Positions 14,125 to 26,399 of a DNA stretch of 64,000 bases are shown here, in pieces. A program made the position numbers and the translations under genes. Where the stretch lies: contig OZ296652.1 of the NCBI GenBank assembly GCA_965655095.1, forward strand, positions 70,742,001-70,806,000, in the 5' to 3' direction. Position 1 is the stretch's first letter. Each line of letters begins with the position of its first letter. Origin of the DNA: Haplodiscus bocki (Eukaryota). The notes under the pieces were generated by a model. That model saw only the letters and a list, made by a program, of their open reading frames with translations, did not search any database and had not been told where the DNA came from.

Positions 14125-16060
14125 TGTGACGTCAACAACTTAGGCACCCTGATTGACTGTCGAACAAGATGTCAGAGAAAGGAATCTTGCCCCAAATTTG
14201 ACCTGAAGTTGCTTTCAGATGAACCAAAACACCCCAGAAAAACACTTACCCAAAACTATTGACTGAATTGAAAACTGTTTAACTTCAGTTTTGGAGCTGT
14301 TTGGTTGCCATTTTTACAAATATTTGTTGCCCCATTTAATCATTATTTTTATACATGCAATTCACTTGTTATATCAAACATAGTTTCAACTAGGTAACGA
14401 GGCAGCAAAACAAAAGACTCCTTAGCCATTTAGATGACTTTGATCAGGATGTTGTTATTGGTGATGCTGCAGGCAGCGGGCGACAGAAGGTTGTTCTCAG
14501 TAGCAGTACGGTTGACAGCTGATTCACTGTCATTATTAGTGGTAATATTTCAACAACCACTGAGAACAGAAAGAATGTTCAAACTTTCCAAAGTTGTTTC
14601 ATTGAAAAATTTGATAGCGAAAAGAGTAATCTTGTTGACACGGTTAAATATAGGATCCAGAACGTGATTTTGAGCGCGACTGTTGAAACATTCAACCCAA
14701 GGATTGAGTTGACAGTCAGGTCGTCAAATGCGTCTACTGGACAAAACGCCGCTAGTGTCCGATCGAACTCGGAACTTGCAGACCGTATAGGGATTACGGC
14801 CTCATCCAAAAACGTCTCCGAAAAGAACAACAACGTTCATGAATCAAATGTGGATGATGAGACCCGTGGAATAACCCAGACGAGTTGAGTGGTGTCGCTC
14901 CCAGGAACATATTTTGACCGGCAACCACACATTCGTCGAATAGTGACGAGACAAACCTCCCAAACAAATTGATTCCTTCAGTTCCCCAAAAGACATAATT
15001 AAGCACCACTAGACCCACCAAAGCACCAAGATCAGAGATCAGAACCCGTCAACACAAGTATTACAAGACAACAATTTACCACAGGTTGAATATACACCAA
15101 AACTCTAGATTTCAGGTTCAAACACTTCTATTAGCCATCTGGTTGAGACCACTGCGGAAATTGCAACCCAGAAACAGCCACAAGCTGTTACAATGCAAAA
15201 ACCGGTATCGACATATACACTGAAAAATGCTGGAACAAAATGAGAAGCTTGAAGTCTTCGCAGACCTGTTCCACACAATGCTTAAAATGCACCCAGAGAT
15301 GAAGGAGGCAGTGAAAATTAACAATTTCTATTCTCGTTTACGAAAAAGAGCACTTCAAACATTGAAAAACATAACTGTACCAAACAAAAAAACGCCTGAA
15401 GACGTTTTAATGGTTTTTCAACGAAAACATTTCCAACCATGATCACAAGCCACGATCAAACATAAATAGCACAAACTCACGTTGGATCCCATTACAAAAT
15501 CTTTAGCCGATTTCTTAACCAAACTCAGTGAACGTGCCGAAAAAAATGATAACACCCAGCAGAAGATAGGCAGACCCTTCAAGCAAAATTGTTACCCACC
15601 TAAAACGATCAATCAATTTAATATACATAGAAGAAGGTACATATGACCTATTCGCGGCACATCTTGAAAGAGAAATATAACTCAACAGTTTGTGAAATGA
15701 TGGTAAACTGTCAACACCCACACTGACAGCAGCGCTTCTACTTAATAATTCACAAAAAATTTAATTTTTTAAGGTTGTATGCCTTTACTGTAAAAATCCA
15801 GTCCACTTCAATAGAGATTGGCGTAGGAGGATGAAAAAGGAAGAAGAACAGATAACTTACCCTTCACTTCAAAACGCGAAGCTCTCAACGTCAACAACAT
15901 TTCCACTTTGTTTACGTTGCCAACGGACGAATCAGTCTCCAGAAAAGTGCCAGAACGTTCCCAATGCCGCTAACAGACCCAAAACGTTTAAACAAGACCT
16001 GCTAACAATATCAGGGAAAATCAACCCAAACAGGACCTACATCCATCCTTAAAAACCTTT
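14125..16060 (+). mobile_element. Ty3/Gypsy LTR + gag fossil with two zinc knuckles
   Basis: A broken frame runs RQQNKRLLSHLDDFDQDVVIG (~14400), then EKLEVFADLFHTMLKMHPEMKEAVKINNFYSRLRKRALQTLKNI (15227-15442), then HLKRSINLIYIEEGTYDLFAAHLERE (capsid-like). Two knuckles follow: CLYCKNPVHFNRDW (~15780) and CLRCQRTNQSPEKC (~15910). Putative LTR from TG at 14125 to ~14940. Confidence 0.7.
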
Positions 16061-16619
16061 TAAACTAGAAAAATCATAACTTTAAGCAGCAGATCACACA
16101 TCAGTGAGACAAAACGTCTAATCTGATCCACCCACAAAAGTGTACCACTTTCATAAGACTTTAAACATCGCAAATCCGTCAGTCATCTGATAGCAAAAAA
16201 ATAGGGAAACCTACATTCAAAATAGTAAGACCATTCACAAGATCCAAAAAACACATTCAACTTATGAACACGACTATACATGAAATTCTGACTTCTTTGA
16301 CATATGTGGAAGAAAACGAGATCAAGTGAGACATGAGACAAGAAAATTGTTGTGGCCCTTCTTCTAAAACCCACAAAAAAAGTTCAAATTGATTCTTTCA
16401 TCGGAAACAAAATTTGCATTTTTCACAAACCCTGGGGCTATCACCAGACAAACTACACAAAACAATAAGCTCCACAAGCTATTGTGTTAAGTATTCTTGA
16501 AGTTAGAGGATATCTTCCATTAGGCACAAGCCAACACTTATGACAAATATTGACTAAATGCAGCGGAAGCGTTTCCGCTTACTTTGTTTTCTAAGTTCAT
16601 CCAGCGACCGAGAGACCAT

Positions 16620-17700
16620 GGCTCATTTTCCCAAGATGCAGAGGTTCTCTTGACGATTGTTCTGCAATTTTCGAGTTGGTTCTTGAAAAACCTTAAATTT
16701 CAATGAAAGCATCCTTTCTTCAAAGAATAGATCTTCCATGACAGTGAATTTTGGTCGGTTTTTCCTCCATAATCTATGTAGAATAGCACCCAAAGCACAA
16801 TTGCAAGTCCACAGGGGGTTTAGACAAATTTTCTGCAAGTTACAAAGTAGCTGCGGTAACAATTAAGTCTTGAAGGACACCAATTTTTTGAGAAAAAAAC
16901 TGCTGACTTCTTGAGTAAAAGAGTTTTTGTCAAGTTTTTTTACTATGGAGTTCTGAAAACAACAAAACGTATTCTTTCAGACTAGACAAAGTTTCATGAG
17001 TCTTTTTTTAAAAGACGTTGGGTACTTTCTTGAACACTTAATGGTTCAATTGGAACAGTTTTGCTTCAAAAAAGAATTGTCTCTCAAACAAGAAAAACTG
17101 TTCTACAGCTATACTGAAAATTGGCACGTTTAATTACCTTTGTGGGAAGTTTTGAGTTTTTCTTATAGATTCCAGAAAACGTCTTCAATGAGCATTTTAT
17201 TGTTTAAAAGTTTACCGTTCCAGACGTTTATTAACGCCAACAGTTTTCCAGAGAAAGCCTTTTTGGAAAGAAAATCGTCATTTTGTTTTTTTTTGTCTTC
17301 TCAGGCAAAAACTTAGCAGATGACCTACGTTAGTAGACTCAAAATTTTAGCCTATTCGTTACTTTGCAGTAAACTGTTTTTTGTTTGCAAAATTTCAACT
17401 TTCATCCAGAGCACATGTTTTCAGGATAAGGGGTAATCGTTCTGTCTATGTAAAACGTTTTAGTCATTTTTTCTGTTTTACTAATACACTTTGGAAAAAG
17501 TGAGTCCAAATGAACTTTCAACAGGCTCTAATAATGAAATGACTTTACTTCCAGCATTAGAAAATAACGCGGAACAGCAAATAACATTCCTTTGTAACAC
17601 ATAAACATGAACCTTGTTTTCAGCTTGAAAATAAACTAAAGGAAACTTGAAGGAAGTTTTCAGGTGAAAACTGTCAGATACTTGTAGAAGACGCAAACTA
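16620..17700 (-). pseudogene. Degraded Gypsy RT/RNase H fragment
   Basis: ORF 16623-16862, LPQLLCNLQKICLNPLWTCNCALGAILHRLWRKNRP, resembles P.L..PD..KPF.L.TDAS..ALGAVL.Q.....P. Confidence 0.4.
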
Positions 17701-18299
17701 GAAAGTGGATTTTTTATAGAATGTTTTTTCGCAGTCTTGCCTGTTCATGACAGGTTCACTCATACTAGCGGGGCCAGCACGTTCACTTCCAACGTCAATG
17801 ACTCACTGGTTTTCCCAAACTTTTGTGGATATATTGCTCTGAAAGCTTCGCAACCTTCTATCGAAATTAATTTTCAATGAAGAAGACATTTTGATTCCTT
17901 TTGATGTAAAATAATTAAAGTTTTTATTGATGCGTTTTTTTCTGGTATAACAGTGTCTGCGGCGTTCAACCGGAATGCTAAAGGCGTTAATAGTGGTCCT
18001 TGTCGGTATAAAGGCTTAACGGCGTTTTCCTAAAAATGTTCCACCCGGGAGGAACATATTTCGACCGGCAACCACACTCTCATCACACAAGCGACTTTTA
18101 ACAAGTTGGTGCGTCGGACTGGAATAATAATCACGAGTCTACCACGAAAAACCGGAAATTCTGAACTTGTAAGCGGATCAATCCTCAGATCCAGAGTATA
18201 TTGAGCAGGGAAGAAGATGGAGTAGCATCAAGCGCTAATGATGACCAATGGAACGGGAATCAAATATACGTAAACACCGAAACTAAGCACGCTACCAAC

Positions 18300-19400
18300 A
18301 GGAACGACAATTACAGTAACTTTTCCCACACGCTTCTTGGTTAAAGGATGACCATTAAAATCTATCATGGGTTACGGATCAGTGATCTTGTTTTTTCCAA
18401 CGCCAAATTTTACATCAGAGACGTCATTAAAACCAGTGAAAGTTCGTAAAAAGAAGGTAATGATTATGAAATTGCATTTCGAGTACAAACAGGAGGCCAA
18501 GTGGCAGTGCGATGTTTTTTTCGAAGGCACGCAGTAAATAATCATCGAATATACAGTAAAATTTTTCACAAAGAAAAACATCCTCGGCAAAGTTGAAAAT
18601 AATTGATTGGGACCTCGATGAAAGAAATGAAGCCGATTAAAAATTGGACTAGTTTTAGCTTGCAGAAGCACAAATTAAAATAATTTTTGTACGTTTTGGC
18701 ATATCCGACCTCACTTGAATCCGATACATTTCAGAAATTCAAGGGTTGTCAATTCGAAGAATCTTCTGGTGATAGAAAGCTATCATATTTGACCACGATG
18801 AAAGCACTTCTGAATATACTTTTGGAAAATTATCAATAAGAATGCTCCAAAAAAGGTTTGATTACGATTAGGACCTTTGGATTGGCCGCGCTATCAAGAT
18901 GCCGACACAAGAAGAAACAAGTTCAAAAATTCCCTAATGAATAGTCCCATCCAAGTAAAAACCTGTTGCTTGAGACTTTGATATAGGAAGTTTGAGCGGA
19001 AGTTTGGGGAAGCCATCAAATTAGGTAAAGAAAAATGTCAAAATTGATTGTACATCTTGACCATTTGGGACCCTCAGGCATTCAACGCACCAGTGAAAAC
19101 CGATATTTTCTCATTCAGATGGTCGTTGAGAAATACAAAGCTGTCGATTGAAACAAACATGGAAAAAATTGATTTAACACTTTAAGTGATTTATGAGTTT
19201 GAATATCGAAGCCGGACAATACATTTAGCTTTTTGGGCGTCTTCGGCCGATAAGGATTCCAACGCAGTGAACAAAATCAACACCTTTATAGTTTTCTACA
19301 AATAAAACGCTGTCGCCTTTTCCATTGTTGGAGGCAATCACGACGGTAACTCAGCTCAATAACGTGTTTGGTGTTTCAGAAGATCTTTTGCAAAACTTAT
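18300..19400 (+). pseudogene. Degraded Gypsy protease-RT fragment
   Basis: VKG*PLKSIMGYGSV near 18342 (cf. G..F.A.IDTGS), and VAFSIVGGNHDG near 19312 (cf. CNFAIVGG..TG of RT). Many stops. Confidence 0.4.
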
Positions 19401-20559
19401 TTCACCTGTAAACAACTATGGTTTCATACTTTTCCTTAATTTTACCAGTCGTTAGTTGGGGCAAATATTAAATTGGAGTATCATGGAAAATCATTACTAA
19501 TTGCTGTTTTAGGATTCTTCAGGGAATCCGGAGTCCGATGTGAGGAAAAAAGTCGACAATTTTTTCAAAATGTAATATGCCTCCACAAATGGAAAAGAGG
19601 TGATTGGGAAACTGATGCGAAAACCCATGAAGAGGTTTGGCGAAAGCGAAGTTCGGTATAGCAAAAATGTTTCCACCGAATGCACTTCTTCTTTTGTTTG
19701 TTCATTGGTAATTTGTTTGCAGATGCTGCCAAATTTAAATAAATTGTTTACAGGCACCTTAATCATTGTAAGACAGGTACTTTGAATACTTGGGACAGAA
19801 AGTAAAGCTACAATTAGTTTTCGGCAATTTCGGTCTAACAGGAATCCCAATTGAGACCAAATGTTTGTGGTATTTTGTTTCAAAATGCTTCTAGACTTCG
19901 AAGCTCATGGTAGCTACACTGAGAGGTAGTCCAGCCTGTAGTTAATGCAAAAACTGATTTCGAACGCCGCTGAAAATGACTATTATTACCAATTTATAGA
20001 CTTTGTGGTCCATCAGGAGTCGAATTAAAGTTTGTGTTTTGAAGTCTGTTAAAACCAGGGTGATGAAAGCAAGGCGTGATATTAAAATTAGGAAAAAATG
20101 TCATTCAGTCTTTCAAACTATTTCAATGAAGCTATAGATTTTGGAGTTCTCGGAATAATTAACAAAACCAGAAAACTATCGGAAATGTTTTGAGAACTAC
20201 AGTTTGTTCCAATGGGGAATTATTGCAATGGAAAAACTTGTTTTAAAAATCAGGAACGAAATCAAGGAAACCATTGTTTTGGACGAAAAAATCGAAAATC
20301 TTTTGGAGTACCTAGAATTTTCTGAAAAGAACGGCGGGTAGAAAGATTCAAATTGGCTTTTCATCAACTAATTTACCATGGTGAGAATTAGACAAATCAG
20401 TTATTGGAACTGGAATGAAAGTTTTCATTATTCCACTGCAAACACAAGACAAGAAGATGCATCAATTAAAATTTGAAAAAAAAAGATAAAGATGCGAATG
20501 ATATTTCAAACGTCCAGAAAATTGCTCAAAGAAAATCGTACACTCAAAGATAAAGAAGC

Positions 20560-21250
20560 AAATATTACGGAAAGAAGCAGTAGAAGTAATACTAAGCTAA
20601 AAATCGTTTCAATTCGGTTTCAAAAAGAAATTTTATCGACGGTTCATTTGAAAAAGCAGAAAGAAATAGGAAACGCCGTTTTGTAAATGTGGTGGTGAAT
20701 TCTGTGACGACAGGCAGTACCGTCAGAACAGCACTGGACAGCCAAAAGCTAGACAATATCTCCCTTAAACGGAAAACAAAGATAGCAATAACGGAGGAAT
20801 TGATATCTGGAAAACCAAGACGGATTACTTACTCACGGAAAAGCAGACCAAAGTTCGATTACAATGCTACATTTGGCTTGAGCTTATGGACAACGAAAAT
20901 TCAATGAAAACGCAAAAATTTTTAGCGTGTTCAAAATAACAGTTGACTTTGCCGGTCAACACAGTTTTTTCAAAGGTTTCTACGGGTTAGCAAACATTTT
21001 GACAATAATTCAAGAGAAAATTTATCGAGTGCTAGCAAATAAACATCCTCCTTGTCATAAGATGTGCTAATCGTGACAAAAAGAATCAAGGAGGGACAAA
21101 AAAGTAGAAGAAACGTTGAAAAAATTGGAAGGCGCCGGTTACTGGCTTCAGGAAAGTAAACGTGAACTTTTCGAAATAGAAAAAGATTTTATTTGATACA
21201 AAAAAGTTAAGACGCAATCAGAGTGGTATAAGACAAACTGGAATCCATTC
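20560..21250 (+). pseudogene. Gypsy reverse transcriptase pseudogene
   Basis: VNVVVNSVTTGSTVRTALDSQKLDNISLKRK...EELIS (20689-20907), then FAGQHSFFKGFYGLANILTIIQEKIYRVLANKHP..DVLIVTK...ETLKKLEGAGYWLQESKRELF. The order is colinear with Gypsy RT motifs. Confidence 0.8.
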
Positions 21251-22002
21251 GGAGCTGAAACAACCAGGAAATGCCACGTAAAAACTCTCATGTTTCAGAG
21301 AAGAAAACCCATCTTTTACTTTCAGAGTGCGCAAAAGTAGGTATAGCATTGGCTTCGAACAATAAAACCAAAAACGGAAAAATCCGGTAAAGCAAACTGG
21401 CGACACATTGCTGTGTTGAGCAAGACGTAAATTGCTTGTTTGTCTCAGCTATCTTGGTGAAAATTCAGAAAACTTTTGTGAATGGGAAAGCGAACCTAAG
21501 AGCATTTGTAGCCAAGTTTGAACGGGACACGTCTGCTGCTCAGCTGTTTTGCAACACTCGAGCATTGAAATAGCACTAGCAAATTGCACTCCAAAAAAAA
21601 TAGTTTTACAAAACACGAAACAAGTTTGAAGAAAGAGCAAATTCTCAGAAAATGCCATTTTTGGCAATGAAAATTCAAATGTTCTGCATTGTTAAACTTT
21701 GAAATCCTAGCTGATCAAATGTTCCTACAAAAGACCAGTTGTCTATTTAACACCAACAAGAGTATTAGGAAAGTCGCTTTAGAAGCAATAACTTAGTGAA
21801 ACAAAACTGCGCTGAATCAAAGCGTTTAGGAGTTAAACAATGATAATGAACATCCCCCTACTCTTCAGTAGAATTTTGACTGACGAAAAGTCGAATCAGC
21901 ACTAAAAGACTCTATTCAATCAATAGTTATCGAGAAAGTCCTATTGCATTGTTCACGTTGCTGATGAATTCCTCAAAGTAGAAGTACACATTGAAATAGA
22001 GC

Positions 22003-22468
22003 AACAAGGCTGCCGGCAACCACTGGCATATTTTCCTCCCTCCAATTAAGTTATAGACGCCTTTTAGAAGGATGAAAACATTTTCCCCCAAAAAATACTC
22101 TTCCTTCCGCAATTTTTCCAATGTTTGCAAAATTGAGAAACAACCTCAATTTACGTCGAAAAAAGTCATTTTTCAGAGGTAGTATATTTTTATTGGCATT
22201 CATGATAAATTTGCCACCTCTACCGATTTTGAAAAAAAGATCAGATTTTTCGTCAAAAAATTTCAACTTTTGTACTTATTGAGAAACCTTACTTTTTCAG
22301 TCGAACTCCCCGGCAAAATTGCTATCATTTGATAAAAAATTCAAATTCAAAATCGTGAATTTTTGGCATTTTGGCGGAACTGTGCAATTGGCGAGTAAAC
22401 GTTAGAAAAACCTACGCGGCGAGAGAATGATTTTCCTTCCACATTATAAAAAAGGCGAAAAATAATAG
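22003..22468 (-). mobile_element. Non-autonomous Helentron-like (HINE/DINE-1-type) element
   Basis: Reverse complement of 41645-42140. The 5' end is TTATTTTTCGCC; the 3' end is GGGAGGAAAATA, a short GCCAG..CCGGC hairpin and CTTGTT. Confidence 0.6.
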
Positions 22469-23371
22469 CGTAAAAATGAATCTCTGCATATCAGCCGAAT
22501 TCTCAGCTACATTGTAAGATCGGCGCACACAATTCTACGTGAAAAAGCAAGCAGTGCGACCACCGGTAATTACAAAGCACCTGCCTAAACAGCCGATCTA
22601 AAGTTTTCCTAATCGGAGTCTTGATGGACAATTTCTCAAAATTTTTTGAAAAATTCAATTACTGATTTTCAGACGAGATCCGAGAAATCGACTCGATAAA
22701 TCTGCACCAAGGTATATGCTTGGCTGCAAAAGTCCAGAGGACCACTTTCAAGAAGGCAGAAACCTGTTTTAGTACTTAGGACCGGTTCGCAGCAGATTGC
22801 CATCTAAATTTGTTGAATCGTTGATTTTTCATACTTCTAAATTTTCTCACGTAAACTGTTTCTTCGAACTGCCAACAAAGTGGAAAAACGTGAAAAATTG
22901 CAAAATTAAACAAAAATGTAGGTTCAGAAACGGCTGTCAATGTTTCATGTTTCGCTCCCTAAGTTAATAAAGTTTTTGCTATTTTTTACTCTTGTTTTTT
23001 GAAATTTGCTGGTAGAAATGTCAATTTTCTCCCAATTCACTTTTTTCCATAATATCTTGAGCTATTGTGTGACTTCCAAGTGAACCATTTGGTAGATTAT
23101 GACGTCTCAAGTTGACTTGCAGTTAACAAAATCAACTTGAGAAATCGGAAGCTTGATCAATTTGTAAAAAATGATTCATTTTTAGAACGAATGTAGCGGC
23201 CAAAAGTTCAAAAATGGCCCGCCTTGCTGAATTTCTAACTCTTTAAACTGATGCACTAATGATCAAATCGATCTTCACCGAGTACTGAATTTACAGAAAT
23301 TAACTTTTGGAGGACTTTTTGTACAAATACTGGAAACGCGCGCTATTAAAGCAGCAGAAGAAGAATGCAAT

Positions 23372-25021
23372 CCCTGGTTGACGACCGTACTACTTTCAGA
23401 AATATCATAGAAACTTCAGAATGATTCATCGATAGAAATAGATTTTTCAGAATGTTTCAGATGTGATAATTGATGCACATTGCAAGAATTTTATTGGGAA
23501 TTGCTATTTCAAATCTAAAACATCCAAGATCAGTGTTATTACAGATGGAGAATTCAGTGATTCTCAGAGCTGAAACAGCTATTATCAGAACTGAGAATCT
23601 CTGATCATTACTGAAAAGTACTGAACATCCCTTAACACCTATGAAAATCTCTGAACATCACTGAAAATGTCTGAGAACCGCTGAAAATCTATGAAAATCT
23701 ATGGTCACCTCTGAAAAAGCCTGAACATAGCTGAACACTCATGAAAATCTCTTAACATTACTGAAAAGGTCTGAGAACTGCTCTAAACATCTATGAAAAT
23801 CTCTGGTCATCTCTGGAAAGGCCTAAACATAGCTGAACATTTATGAACATCTGTTAACATTACTGAAAATGTCTGAGAACTGCTCTGAACATCTATGAAA
23901 ATCTCTGGTTGTTTCTGAAAATGTCTGAATATCACGGAAAACTTTTGAAAACTACTGTTTCAACTCTCTGAAACGGTCTGAAAACCTCTGTTGGCGCTCT
24001 TCGTAGCTGATTGGTCTTCGACCTATGTTATGCCGACTTTGTATGAACTACATTTAAGAAAAACCCCCAAAGGAAAAAGAAAATAAATTAACAATTAGGA
24101 CAATATAAACACACGTTAGGCAAAAATCCATAACAGAGTGAGTGTCACCTTACTTTAGGCGCTATTCCCGAAATGCATTTAGATTTTATCCCCCCCCCCC
24201 CAAAAAAGTGGGATAAAGATCTAAAACATCAAAAGAGAATAAGATCTAAAACCCCTAAAACATCAAAAGAATAACATGTTAAAGTCACTCGGGAGTAACG
24301 TCTAAATCAATAACGTCCAAGACACAATGTACAAAGATACTGGAAGAACTTGGCATGGCTGTAGGTTTTATTCCCGAAATTGATTTAGACGTTATTCTTT
24401 ACACGTAATTCCTTCCCCCCCCCCCCCCAGAATGTGATTAGGAAATAAAACCTGAGACGTTATTCTGCTCCGTCGAATAGACTCTGATGAATTCTGAACA
24501 ATACTGAATCAGCTCTGAAAATAAATGATTTCTTCTGATCCAGCCATGAACATTGCTGGCGCAGAGACTTTACATGTTCGCCCAAAAACACTGTAAAACC
24601 ATCGGAAATAACTCCTGTAACGTTTTTTCCTGACTTCAGGTGGTATTTTAGAATTTTTCACCGTTTTTTGTTCCAGTAAGAAATCTTCTGACATGAAATC
24701 AAAAAAAAATACGGATTTCGGAAAAATCATTTTCTTAGAATTTTTCAAAATAACCCATTGAAAGTTCTGAAATTTTCGATTTCGCGTCTCTTCAGCATCA
24801 ATATTGAAAAAAAACCTTTTTGGCTGTTTTCATGGTCTTTGCCTGTTTGCTGCTTGCCAGTAATGTTCAGCGCTGAATCAGAGATGTTCAGAAAAATTCA
24901 TCACTGAATCAGTTATGACCAGAGATGTCAAAACTAAAATCAGCTGGTTCATATCTGAACATCGCTGAAAACGCAGAAAATGCTGAATCAGCGCTGAAAA
25001 TGACTGAATATCATAAGGGAC
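23372..25021 (+). mobile_element. Non-autonomous DNA element X (CTGAA/TTCAG-motif rich), copy 1
   Basis: Starts CCCTGGTTGA, similar to the MITE TIR CCCTAGTTGA. The segment 24260-25015 is homologous to 35630-36385 (e.g. GATCCAGCCATGAACATTG, TGCTTGCCAGTAAT, CAGCGCTGAAAATGACTGAATATC). Confidence 0.55.
23600..23960 (+). repeat. 10-bp periodic array with a ~100-bp higher-order repeat
   Basis: Consecutive decamers ATGAAAATCT CTGAACATCA CTGAAAATGT CTGAGAACCG CTGAAAATCT ... from 23641. Higher-order units start at 23656, 23756 and 23858. Confidence 0.9.
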
Positions 25022-25739
25022 AGTTTAATTTTTTGCGGCGCTAATCAGAGACTCGAGACTGATGAATCATAAACAAAAAACAGAAAATTCAAAAGTGGAA
25101 GACTTCAGTACCTCGATTACCCCGCAACCCTTCCACTAAATAATTCATAGTAGCAAACATGAATTTTATTAAAAACATTTAAACTAGTGGGTAACTGTTA
25201 TTACTCCTTTACTATACAATATTCTTTCTGTAACTTATGTTAAGTTTGTGCCTGCTATTTTAACAGTCTACTAATCTGCGAACAGTTAAATTATCCCGTT
25301 TTTTCAAATAAAAATTTCCTAAAATCCCCCTCTCAAATACTTCTTTCTTTTCTTCATTTTTGTTTCTTACGACCCAAACTTGCTAACCCCTGCATTTCCA
25401 CGCCTGTTATTGGTTAATTTTACACATCTTTACCCAAGGAGGCCGTAACAAAAAATGATCCTACACAACAACCCAACATAAGGTCTAACAGCCAGTTAAC
25501 CACAACCAACAACTCAAATTAAGTAATTGTGAAGATTTTAATTGATTGTTTTAAAAATTGATCTTCCTTTTCTTGTTTCCCAATTTATTTTCCTTCCTAT
25601 AAAACGATCAAAACATTTTCAATCAAATGAGACATCCCGATAAAAACCTACTAAAACAATCGCTGACGCATCCGAATAGAAACTTTGAATACAAAAAAAC
25701 TCTTCTGATCAATTTAACTTGATAGTCACGATTGTTAAA
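25017..25739 (+). repeat. 5' LTR (first ~15 bp including TG lost)
   Basis: Colinear with 34857-35576 along its whole length (e.g. CTTTACTATACAATATTCTTTC, TGCATTTCCACGCC, GATCCTACACAACAACCCAACATA, CCACAACCAACAACTCAAATTA). Roughly a quarter of positions differ by eye. Confidence 0.9.
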
Positions 25740-25740
25740 T

Positions 25741-25755
25741 TGATGACACGAGTGG
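25741..25755 (+). promoter_or_regulatory. Decayed primer-binding site (possibly tRNA-Leu type)
   Basis: TGATGACACGAGTGG lies directly after the LTR and matches TGGTGTCAGAAGTGG at 11/15 positions. Confidence 0.4.
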
Positions 25756-26399
25756 CTTTTTTCTTGTCAATTAAGTATAAAACCTTGCTTAGATTAGCGT
25801 GACATCGATTTTTTTCTCAAACTGCCTTCAGATCTTCTTTCTGAGACCTGTCCCGCGCTAACGCTGTTAGTGTTCCCTAGTGAAAACTTTCGTTTAGATG
25901 GCAGATAGGGCCAATAAAATAGGAACTTCGAAATAACCACGGGCAAATTAGCTGTTTTTTGGAACTTGTTCTTCAATTGAAAGGTACGTTTGGATTTTCT
26001 TCATTGAAATTTAACTTTACTTAGTTGCCAAAAATTTTTTAACCAAACGTCCGTTAGAAATGTTTCAATTTCATCATCCAGTTTGTAATACCCTGACCAA
26101 AACTGTTGTTAACGTCAACCCGAAGTCCCTAACTGTAACCCAATTGTCTTTGAAGAGGGAAACAACTGGACCAATTACCCCAAAGAACCCAATCCATTTT
26201 TCGTAACCAGATTAACCAAACACCTGTTTTTGCTATAAACCGTCATATCTCTGACAATTCTCCGCCTCGATACACGCGAAACGTTTCTGGTTCTCAATTT
26301 TTAACCCCAGCACAGTTTGCTTGGGCTCATTTTTCACTTTTTGCTTAATTATCTATCTACTTTTGATACTTCTAGGCCAAACTTTTGTCCTGAACCGGT

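Noticed and set aside
19509-19990. Polinton packaging ATPase remnant on the minus strand
   Set aside because: No Walker A/B motif could be read, and the resemblance is too vague.
23600-23960. CRISPR-like array
   Set aside because: The units are contiguous tandem decamers with no unique spacers, there are no cas genes, and the context is eukaryotic.
24190-24428. Two poly-C tracts as G-quadruplex regulatory elements
   Set aside because: They are simple homopolymers within element X, and nothing supports a function.
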